Source: Deltaproteobacteria bacterium
Lineage (GTDB): Bacteria; Myxococcota; B64-G9
Assembly (NCBI GenBank): GCA_016935365.1
Contig: JAFGRB010000160.1
Location: 1 to 47,656, forward strand
Reading direction: 5' to 3'
Length of the DNA: 47,656 bases
The notes under the pieces were generated by a model, which was given only the letters and a program-made list of their open reading frames with translations, did not search any database and was not told where the DNA came from. The translations under genes and the position numbers were made by a program. Shown here piece by piece: positions 1 to 6,738 of this stretch (position 1 is its first letter; each line of letters starts with the position of its first letter).

Positions 1-3
1 GCA

Positions 4-44
4 AGCCCAGGGCGAAGCCGGCAAAGCCGGCGAAGCCCTGGGAT
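4..44. repeat. Palindromic hairpin element: agcccagggc, a 21-nt loop, then gccctggg(at). It belongs to the same family as 148-168 and 34101-34123.
   Basis: An inverted repeat is directly visible in the sequence. The stem is 8-10 bp. The same stem sequence recurs at 148-168 and at 34101-34123. Confidence 0.5.
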
Positions 45-144
45 AGAGATGCCATATGCACGATAGCCCTGTGAGGGCGCAATCGCATCCGCCAGCCCCG
101 GCTATGACGCCCCTTTCAGGGCTTGCCGATTCATGTCCGCCTCT

Positions 145-198
145 ATTCCCAGGGCTTCGCCCTGGGCTGTTTTATGGCGCCCCTTGCGGGGCTCTCGG
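145..198. repeat. Two-hairpin repeat unit: cccagggc-ttc-gccctggg, about 12 nt, then cccttgcgggg ctctcg. It is a direct copy of the unit at 34099-34151.
   Basis: The 21-mer cccagggcttcgccctgggct is identical at 148-168 and 34103-34123. The second hairpin is ccc(t/c)tgcggggctctcg in both copies. Overall identity is about 80 percent over roughly 50 bp. Confidence 0.55.
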
Positions 199-234
199 AG
201 GATCGACCAATCCTTGCGTGATGAGATGTGTATC

Positions 235-281
235 AGCCTGGGGCTTCAGCCCCAGGCTATATCCCATCGCTGCTTCGCAGC
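235..281. repeat. Two more small hairpins in the same non-coding tract: agcctggggc-ttca-gccccaggct and gctgc-ttc-gcagc.
   Basis: A perfect 10-bp stem with a 4-nt loop lies at 235-258. A 5-bp stem with a 3-nt loop lies at 269-281. Confidence 0.45.
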
Positions 282-368
282 GAAAACCCGGATCTCGGAG
301 ACTTGCCGAGGTGGGTCTCCATCGACTGGCATTCCGTGGTCCTGCGGAAAATCTAGAGGAGCGTCATT

Positions 369-1148
369 TCAGCGCACGAGCTCGCCGAGGTCGATCTCGC
401 CGAGCAGCTTCTGGATCTCGGCGTCCTCGAGCAGGGCGTTGACCTTCGGGTGGCCGAGCAGCGCGCTCACGTCCCGATTCTTGGAGAGCTCGATGATCTT
501 CCTGTCGTTGAGAAGCGCCTTGACCCTGGGATGATCGAGCAGCTTCTGGACGTTGGGATCGGCGAGCGCCTTCTTCCGCAGCTCGGGCTTGCGGTTCAGC
601 TCGACCACCGTGGCCAGGTCTCCGACCACCGGCAGGTGCAGGCCGGCCAGGAGGTTGTTCTCGCGGGCGAAGCGAACCGCGACGGACTTCTCGTAGCCCA
701 TGCCGGCCGAGCGGATGGCGTGCCGGATCTTGCCGCCCTGGCTGTCGAAGAGCACGATCGCACACAGCATGACGAATAGGATCGCAAAGGCCTTGGCGCC
801 GCCGAAGACCGCGCCGAGCGTCGAGTTCCAGCTCGCCCGGTCGGGCTTCTGCCCGTCCTGCTCCAGCTCTTTCTTCCGCCGTCTGCGCCTCAGCAGGCTC
901 CAGCCGACCGTCGACAGGATGGAGTAGAGCAGCAAGAAGGCGATCGCCGAGCCCAGCAGCCTGCCCAGCAGCACCGGGACGCCCAGGCTGGACGCCAGGA
1001 AAGGGCCCAGCGGTCGGCCCGCCGCGCCGGCCAGCAGGTAGGCAGCCACGAGCACACCGATGCGCATCACCTGCATCCAGAATCCCGAGATGTAGCCCAG
1101 AAAGGCGAACAGCGCGATGGCGCCGGCGCAGACGAGGTCAATCGTCAT
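369..1148 (-). CDS. cvpA: CvpA-family membrane protein (colicin V production protein-like). It has a C-terminal tail of roughly 12-aa repeats of the form (D/H)PxVxxLLxx.
   Basis: The N-terminus, MTIDLVCAGAIALFAFLGYISGFWMQVMRIGVLVAAYL, is followed by 3-4 hydrophobic helices, which is typical of CvpA. The C-terminal 80 aa contain repeated motifs such as DPNVQKLLDHP, RVKALLND and HPKVNALLED. The start overlaps the stop of the upstream AOR gene by 11 bp. Confidence 0.55.
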   Translation of the reverse strand: MTIDLVCAGAIALFAFLGYISGFWMQVMRIGVLVAAYLLAGAAGRPLGPFLASSLGVPVLLGRLLGSAIAFLLLYSILSTVGWSLLRRRRRKKELEQDGQKPDRASWNSTLGAVFGGAKAFAILFVMLCAIVLFDSQGGKIRHAIRSAGMGYEKSVAVRFARENNLLAGLHLPVVGDLATVVELNRKPELRKKALADPNVQKLLDHPRVKALLNDRKIIELSKNRDVSALLGHPKVNALLEDAEIQKLLGEIDLGELVR

Positions 1149-3021
1149 CCCCGAACCCTGCCATGCGCTCGTCGATGCCGGCCTTGATCTCCTGCCAGAA
1201 CGCCCGCGCCGCCTCGGGGCGGTCCTGGTCGAATCGGAACAACCAGCTCCCGAGATCGTCGTGCTCCAGCACGTCTTCCCGCTTCGACTCCAGGTAGCGG
1301 TGGATGATCTCCTCGCAGCGCTCGCTCTCCCAGTAGACCGGTCTGGCCTGGGCGTGGATCTCCTTGACCGCCTTGACGTGGTGGGCGGGGTAGTCGATCT
1401 CGACGCCGAAGTGCCCGCAGACGATCTCGGGCCAGAGCTTCTCGCTCCAGCCGCGGTGGAAGCGGCACAGCCCGGAGTTGTCCGTCGTCAGCTCGGCCAG
1501 CATGCGCTCCGCGGCGATGCGCCCGAGCTCCCTCGGGGAGTGGTAGTCGGGCTTGTAGTAGGTGTAGTACTTGCCCATGATCGACTGGGGCGCGAACATG
1601 CCCGGCACCCAGTACTGGTTGGGCACCATCCAGCCGCGATCCCCGTTGCAGAGGTAGACCGCACGCTTGACGGCCTCGGGACCCAGCGCCTTGGCCGCTG
1701 CCCGCATGCCGCGCGAGAGCAGATGGCCCGGCTGCACGCAGAGATCGAGCAGGGCCAGCGCCAGCTCGGCGTTGGTGGCCGAATCGGCCACGGCGTCGAA
1801 GCCCTCTGGATCGAAGACCGGCTTATCCGGCACCTCCGCCGGCAGGCCGAGCTGCCCGGCGCCCACCACGCCGTCGTGCAGGCACTCCATGATCCAGGCG
1901 AGCTGGCCGCCGATCTGGATGGCGTCGAATCCGAGCGCATCGGCCCGATGGTTGACCCGCTCGGCCGCCCGCTGGTCGAAGATGCCGGTCAGCGGACCCA
2001 TGGTCTGGTAGGGCTCGTAGTCTTTCTTGTACTCCCCGTGGAGCTTCTTGCAGACCGCGGGACACGGCTCGCCGCAGTTGGATTGCTGCTTGGGCTCGAT
2101 GGTCTCGGCATTGAACTGCGCCAGGTAGTGATCCCGGACCAGCCGTTTCCAGAGACGGCGGCGCCCGTCCTGGCCCCAGTTGACCGAGCGGTAGTTGAAG
2201 CTGAAGAGCTGCTCGCACAGGCTCGCGTAGTTGACCCCGAAGGTCCCGCCCGATCCCCAGCGAGGATCGAAGCGGTACTTCGTGGTGGTCTCCAGGTCGA
2301 CCAGCTTCATCTTCTTCGAGAAGCGCTTCTGAAAGTAGCCGTCCGCCTCGGCCCGGTCGGTCAGATCATCGTCGTCGAAGTCGCCGCCGTACACGATGGC
2401 GCAGATGTAGTGGCGCTGGAACAAGGCCGATCCGAAGCCGCCCCGCCCCGCCCAGCAGTCCGCGGCGGTGATCTCACCCTTGCGGGTCTTGCTCGAGCCG
2501 ATGGCGCCCATGTCGGTCCGCGCGGCTGCCGGCCCCACCGCCAGCACCCGCGGCGTGCCCCCGCCCTCCCAGAGCTGCTCGAACACGTGGCGCTGCAGGC
2601 CATAGAAGCCGTCATCGGCCCAGATCGCTTCCACGTCCAGCGGCACGAGCCTTAGCTTGGGGTGCGCGCCCTTCTCTCCCCAGAGCACGATCGCGCTCGG
2701 CTCGCTGGCGCGCCCGCCGATGGCCAGAAAGGAGATGCCCGTGCCGTCCCAGATCAGCGAGGCGCCGCCCATGGTCGAGACGTAGAAACCGTCCCAGACC
2801 GGCGAGTGCCCGCAGAAGATGAGCCGGTTGGAGCCCGGGATCACGGAGCCGGCCAGCACGCCGGATCCGATGCAGACGCTGCGCCTCTCCTTCTGCATGC
2901 GAAGCCCGAAGTCCACCGGCCCGAGCACGTCCTGTGCGCGAAGCTCGCGCAGCTCGTGACCCCCGTCGGTGGCGTCGACGATGAAGGCGTACTGAACAAT
3001 GTCCTGCGCCATGGCTCGCAC
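1138..3021 (-). CDS. Aldehyde:ferredoxin oxidoreductase (AOR) family protein, tungsten/molybdopterin type.
   Basis: The protein is 627 aa. By eye it aligns with archaeal AOR: NRLIF..GHSPVWDG..TMGG matches NKLII..GPLTGT..TGGR. CWAGRGGFGSALFQRHYICAIVYGG matches HRAAGRGGVGAVMGSKNLKAIAVEG. The CGEPCPAVC motif matches the CxxCxxxC Fe-S ligand motif, and GLCRFH matches GLCLF. Length and motif order fit the family. Confidence 0.6.
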   Translation of the reverse strand: MRAMAQDIVQYAFIVDATDGGHELRELRAQDVLGPVDFGLRMQKERRSVCIGSGVLAGSVIPGSNRLIFCGHSPVWDGFYVSTMGGASLIWDGTGISFLAIGGRASEPSAIVLWGEKGAHPKLRLVPLDVEAIWADDGFYGLQRHVFEQLWEGGGTPRVLAVGPAAARTDMGAIGSSKTRKGEITAADCWAGRGGFGSALFQRHYICAIVYGGDFDDDDLTDRAEADGYFQKRFSKKMKLVDLETTTKYRFDPRWGSGGTFGVNYASLCEQLFSFNYRSVNWGQDGRRRLWKRLVRDHYLAQFNAETIEPKQQSNCGEPCPAVCKKLHGEYKKDYEPYQTMGPLTGIFDQRAAERVNHRADALGFDAIQIGGQLAWIMECLHDGVVGAGQLGLPAEVPDKPVFDPEGFDAVADSATNAELALALLDLCVQPGHLLSRGMRAAAKALGPEAVKRAVYLCNGDRGWMVPNQYWVPGMFAPQSIMGKYYTYYKPDYHSPRELGRIAAERMLAELTTDNSGLCRFHRGWSEKLWPEIVCGHFGVEIDYPAHHVKAVKEIHAQARPVYWESERCEEIIHRYLESKREDVLEHDDLGSWLFRFDQDRPEAARAFWQEIKAGIDERMAGFGDDD

Positions 3022-3030
3022 CCTGTGTCT

Positions 3031-3582
3031 TTACTTGATCGCGTAGTCGGTCTTGATCTGGGCGCCGGCCTCTTCCGCCTTCTGCTTGAACAGCTCGTTG
3101 TCGGGCTCGTAGGCCGCCGCCATCTTGAACGCCCGCTCGGCACCCCGAAAGTCCTTCCGATCCAGCAGCTGCATGCCCTGCCGGTACATGCGCCGACCCT
3201 GGTCGGTCTTGCCGATCTCTTCCTTCTTGGACTGCTTCTGGGCCTGGTCCGACTCCTCGGTGTAGCGCAGCTTCTGCCCCTGCGTCTCCTCGAGCTGCTT
3301 GTCGTAGAAGCTCCGTTTCTGCGCGTCGCGCAATGTCACGTAAGCCTCGGTGACCCGCTTGGAGATCCTGAAGATGCTGTCCTTGAACGCCTTGTCATCG
3401 AGGTGGAAGTAGCGATCGGGATGGAAGATCCGCGACTGCTTGTGGTAGGCCTTGCGGATCTGTCCCAGCGAGGCCTGGCGTTGCACCTGGAGGATCTTGT
3501 AGTAATCGAACTTGTCGATGACCTTCGCCAGGGCGATCACCTGTCCGACGAACTTCGGATCCAGCCTTGCCACCTGCTCCAC
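3031..3582 (-). CDS. J-domain cochaperone (DnaJ-like) with a C-terminal TPR-like helical region.
   Basis: It has a canonical J-domain, DYYKILQVQRQASLGQIRKAYHKQSRIFHPDR, including the HPD motif. The gene starts 22 bp after the Hsp70 stop on the same strand. Confidence 0.75.
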   Translation of the reverse strand: MEQVARLDPKFVGQVIALAKVIDKFDYYKILQVQRQASLGQIRKAYHKQSRIFHPDRYFHLDDKAFKDSIFRISKRVTEAYVTLRDAQKRSFYDKQLEETQGQKLRYTEESDQAQKQSKKEEIGKTDQGRRMYRQGMQLLDRKDFRGAERAFKMAAAYEPDNELFKQKAEEAGAQIKTDYAIK

Positions 3583-3604
3583 CTCCGCTTCTTCCCCGCC
3601 GCAA

Positions 3605-5173
3605 TCAGATCAGATCGGCGTTGGCCACCTGGGTCATGCTCGCCTGGATCTCCGCCTCCGTCAGCCCGCTCGACAGGCTGACCTCCGTCGAGGCGCTCTG
3701 TCCCGTCTCGGGATCCATGGCCGAGACGTTCAAGATACCGTTGGAGTCGATCTCGAAGGTCACCTCGATCTGGACCTCTCCGCGCGGCGCCACGCGGAAG
3801 CCCGAGAACTCGAACTCGCCGAGCATGACGTTCTCGTCCACCCGGTTGGACTCCCCCTGGTAGATGCGGATCTTGACCCGCTCCTGGTTGTCGCGCGAGG
3901 TGGTGAACGTCCGGGTGCGATCGATGGGCACCGGCGTATTGCGGGCGATGATCTGCTCCGTGTACCCGCCTACCGTACCCAGGCGCAGGGTCAGGGGCGT
4001 GATGTCCAGCAGGAAAGCCGTCGTCTCCGAATCCACCAGCGCGGACGCCTGGATGGCCGCACCCATGGCGACGACCTCGTCCGGATCGATGCCCGCCACC
4101 GGCTCCTTGTCGAAGTAATGCCGGACCGAGTCGCGGATGAGCGGCAAGCGCGTGGGCCCGCCCACGAGAATGACGCCGTCCAGGTCGTGGACCGTCAGAC
4201 CGGCCGACTGCAAGGCCTCGTCGCAGACCTTGAACGAGCGCTGCACGAGGTCCATGGTCAACTGGACGAAGGTGTCCGAGTCGATCACCGTCTGGAAGTC
4301 GTAGACCTCTCCGGACTCGTCGCTGAAAGCCTCGGGCACGTTGACCTTGACCTTCTTGCGAGTGGAGAACGCCTTCTTCGTCTCCTCGGCCACCTCGCGC
4401 AGGCGCTGCAGCGCGTTCACGTCGCTGCGCAGGTTGAGCCCCGTCTGCTGCATGAACAGGTCTGCGAAGTAGTCCATCAGGCGCATGTCGATGTCGTCGC
4501 CGCCCAAATAGGTGTCGCCCGCAGTGGACAGCACCTCGAAGGTGTCCTCGCCGATCTCCATGATGGAGATATCGAACGTGCCGCCGCCCAGGTCGTAGAT
4601 GGCCACGCGCTCGTGGAGGTGCTGTCCGAATCCATAGGCCAGCGCGGCCGCCGTGGGCTCGTTGATGATGCGCAGGATCTCCAGGCCGGCGATCCGCCCC
4701 GCATCGGCCGTGGCCTGCCGCTGGTTGTCGTTGAAGTACGCCGGCACCGTGACGACGGCCTTGCTCACCGTGACGTCCAGGTAGGCCTCGGCGATCTCCT
4801 TCATCTCTTTCAGCACCAGGGCCGAGACCTGGGGCAGGCTGTACTCCTCCCCCATGACCTTGATGCGCACGCCGTGGTTGGGGCCCTCGACGATCTCGTA
4901 CGGGCAGACCGCCATGGCCTTCTTGACCTCGGGCGAGAACATGTAGCGTCCGATCAGACGCTTGGCGGAGTAGATCGTCCGGCGCGGGTGCGTCAGCAGC
5001 CGCCGCTTGGCGTCGTTGCCGACCTGGACTCTGCCGTCGTCCAGGAAGGAGACGACCGAGGCCTGGGTCCGCTCTCCCCACTCGTTGGGGATGACCTCCG
5101 GCTGGCCGTCGACCACCGTGGCCACACAGGAGTACGATGTTCCCAGATCGATACCGATGACAGGTTCAGCCAC
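3605..5173 (-). CDS. Hsp70-family chaperone paralog. It is C-terminally truncated: the nucleotide-binding domain (NBD) and the beta subdomain of the substrate-binding domain (SBD) are present, but the helical lid is absent.
   Basis: Hsp70 signatures are clear: IGIDLGTSYSCVA, DLGGGTFDISIM, VILVGGPTRLP, and the LLDITPLTLRLGTVGG linker. The protein ends a few residues after SSGLTEAEIQ, which by eye aligns with the start of the lid helix in E. coli DnaK. I chose the GTG start at 5173. It is preceded by GGAGG 7 nt upstream, and the N-terminus VAEPVIGIDLG fits a typical Hsp70. The ATG at 5251 would add a 26-aa non-Hsp70 extension. Confidence 0.85.
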   Translation of the reverse strand: MAEPVIGIDLGTSYSCVATVVDGQPEVIPNEWGERTQASVVSFLDDGRVQVGNDAKRRLLTHPRRTIYSAKRLIGRYMFSPEVKKAMAVCPYEIVEGPNHGVRIKVMGEEYSLPQVSALVLKEMKEIAEAYLDVTVSKAVVTVPAYFNDNQRQATADAGRIAGLEILRIINEPTAAALAYGFGQHLHERVAIYDLGGGTFDISIMEIGEDTFEVLSTAGDTYLGGDDIDMRLMDYFADLFMQQTGLNLRSDVNALQRLREVAEETKKAFSTRKKVKVNVPEAFSDESGEVYDFQTVIDSDTFVQLTMDLVQRSFKVCDEALQSAGLTVHDLDGVILVGGPTRLPLIRDSVRHYFDKEPVAGIDPDEVVAMGAAIQASALVDSETTAFLLDITPLTLRLGTVGGYTEQIIARNTPVPIDRTRTFTTSRDNQERVKIRIYQGESNRVDENVMLGEFEFSGFRVAPRGEVQIEVTFEIDSNGILNVSAMDPETGQSASTEVSLSSGLTEAEIQASMTQVANADLI

Positions 5174-5238
5174 TGACGTACCTCCGTAAGACCACCGATC
5201 GCCCGCAGGTCCGCACCCCGGGTCTCGGAAACGCTGGC

Positions 5239-5267
5239 AGTCTATTCGCAAGACAGTGCACTGTCAA
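5239..5267 (-). promoter_or_regulatory. Candidate sigma70-type promoter for the Hsp70 operon. On the coding strand it reads TTGACA-N17-TAGACT. A 14-bp perfect palindrome, GACAGTGCACTGTC (5252-5265), overlaps the -35 box and spacer.
   Basis: The reverse complement of 5239-5267 reads TTGACAgtgcactgtcttgcgaaTAGACT. The palindrome is exact. The element lies about 70 nt upstream of the GTG start. Confidence 0.45.
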
Positions 5268-5325
5268 CCGGGTGCAACGCCCCAACGCCCTAGATTATCT
5301 ACCTCCGCCGCGATCTCTGCATCCG

Positions 5326-6309
5326 TCACTGGCGCACACAGCGGACCATGAGCGGGAAGACCTTCTCGACACCGAGCAAATAGCCGCCGGCGAAGTTCGC
5401 GCCCCATACACGGGAGGGATCTGAAGCATAGGAAGACGACGACCAGTAGGAACCATCGTCCTTTCCGAACAAAGAGGAGCATCGAGCACTCCTATCACAG
5501 GTCGAGCATTCGCCTTCCTTGCCCGTGAGCGCAGCCGCATCGCAGCCTCCCAGGAGCTCCACGAATTCATGACGTCTGGGGAGGCGGTAACCTGGGGGGC
5601 AAGCCTCCCTTGCGTCGGCCAAGCTCATCGCGCTGTGCTTCCCCACACAAGACGAACCGCTCCAGGTCTGGCCAAGTGGGCAGCGCAGCCAGTAAAGGCC
5701 GCTCCCGGGCTGCTTCACATCCTGAACCTTCGTCAGCGCAGCTCTCCTGGCCTCGTCCTCGGCTCGCGCCCTTGCCTCCGCTGCAGCCTTCATCCTGGCC
5801 GCCTCCTCGGAGCGCTCGCGAGCCTCCTTCTGGGAAAGCAGATCCGCGACGGCCTTCTCCAGGCTCGCGACTATGCCATCCTCATCGCAGTTCCCGCTCC
5901 CAGCCCCTGCCCCGTCACTTGCGGCCGTCTTCAGATCGAAGAGGTTGACCGTCACCTTGCACTGCATGCCGATCTTCAGAACCTGGCTGGCGAGCGACTT
6001 TTGCGCTGCCAGCTCCTTGCCGATCTCGATCTGGCAGCTCTCGTCATAGCACTCCCTGTACGTGCCCTTCTTCGCCTCCGTGAGTCTCGACTTGAGCTGG
6101 GATCGAGGTACGACCTTGAAGCCCTTACGGGCCAGAAGCGCACCCAGGTAGTCGGTGAGCCGGTCGATCGCGCTGCTGTCGAGTGTCGTGCCCTTCACCT
6201 CGAGGTCGAAGACCGCCAAGATAGGTCGGTCCTGGGCGAGAGAATAGGAGCTCGCAGTCAAGACGAGACCGAGGCAAAGCAGGCCTGAGGCCAGGTTGGG
6301 CATACGCAT
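5326..6309 (-). CDS. Secreted protein with a C-terminal DUF1566 domain (Lcl C-terminal domain). The central part is a coiled-coil rich in Ala, Glu and Arg.
   Basis: A signal peptide is present: MRMPNLASGLLCLGLVLTASSYSLA. The C-terminus carries DUF1566 hallmarks: GLYWLRCPLGQTW, LPRRHEFVELL, YWSSSSY and VRCVRQ. Confidence 0.6.
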   Translation of the reverse strand: MRMPNLASGLLCLGLVLTASSYSLAQDRPILAVFDLEVKGTTLDSSAIDRLTDYLGALLARKGFKVVPRSQLKSRLTEAKKGTYRECYDESCQIEIGKELAAQKSLASQVLKIGMQCKVTVNLFDLKTAASDGAGAGSGNCDEDGIVASLEKAVADLLSQKEARERSEEAARMKAAAEARARAEDEARRAALTKVQDVKQPGSGLYWLRCPLGQTWSGSSCVGKHSAMSLADAREACPPGYRLPRRHEFVELLGGCDAAALTGKEGECSTCDRSARCSSLFGKDDGSYWSSSSYASDPSRVWGANFAGGYLLGVEKVFPLMVRCVRQ

Positions 6310-6348
6310 CTATGTCCTCCAAGAGCAAGCTGTGGAATAGAGCTCTAT

Positions 6349-6738
6349 TTAGTCCGCCCCCTTCCAGACAGCCCCTTCTAGAACCCACTGCTTTCCCCTT
6401 GCGCCAGCGCTGATTGCGCCCGTGACCGGATCGGTCGTGGCCTCTGGAATGTGCTGCTTTCTGTCGAGCCGGCCGCTGACCTCGACCGCCCGGCCCTCCA
6501 GCTCGGGCGGCCACTCGTCGAGCTCGACCAGGTAGACGGTCGACCCGCTCGTGGTGACCACGACCGCGCCTCCCTTGGCGTTGCCGGCCGTTCCCTTCAG
6601 CGTGACCCGCTTGCCGATCGAAGCCTTCAGATTCACGGCTGCCATGCTGTCCGACCTCCTCGCCTCTGGCGCAGGCTTCCGCTCGTTCGACGCGGCGCAC
6701 GCCGAGGCGAGCACCGCGAGGAGGATCGCGCGCCTCAC
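6349..6738 (-). CDS. Small secreted protein of about 129 aa. It may be an OB-fold protein of the BOF/YgiW type.
   Basis: It uses a GTG start with a GGAGG Shine-Dalgarno (SD) 5 nt upstream. It overlaps the peptidase stop in a GTGA arrangement, which indicates translational coupling. The signal peptide is MRRAILLAVLASACAAS. The mature domain is beta-rich: VTLKGTAGNAKGGAVVVTTSGSTVYLVEL. Confidence 0.45.
   Translation of the reverse strand: MRRAILLAVLASACAASNERKPAPEARRSDSMAAVNLKASIGKRVTLKGTAGNAKGGAVVVTTSGSTVYLVELDEWPPELEGRAVEVSGRLDRKQHIPEATTDPVTGAISAGARGKQWVLEGAVWKGAD

Noticed and set aside
56-534. ORFs 56-442 and 133-534 on the plus strand in the hairpin-repeat tract.
   Set aside because: They are low-complexity, rich in Arg, Pro and Ser. 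They are read across palindromic repeats, and no start context supports them.
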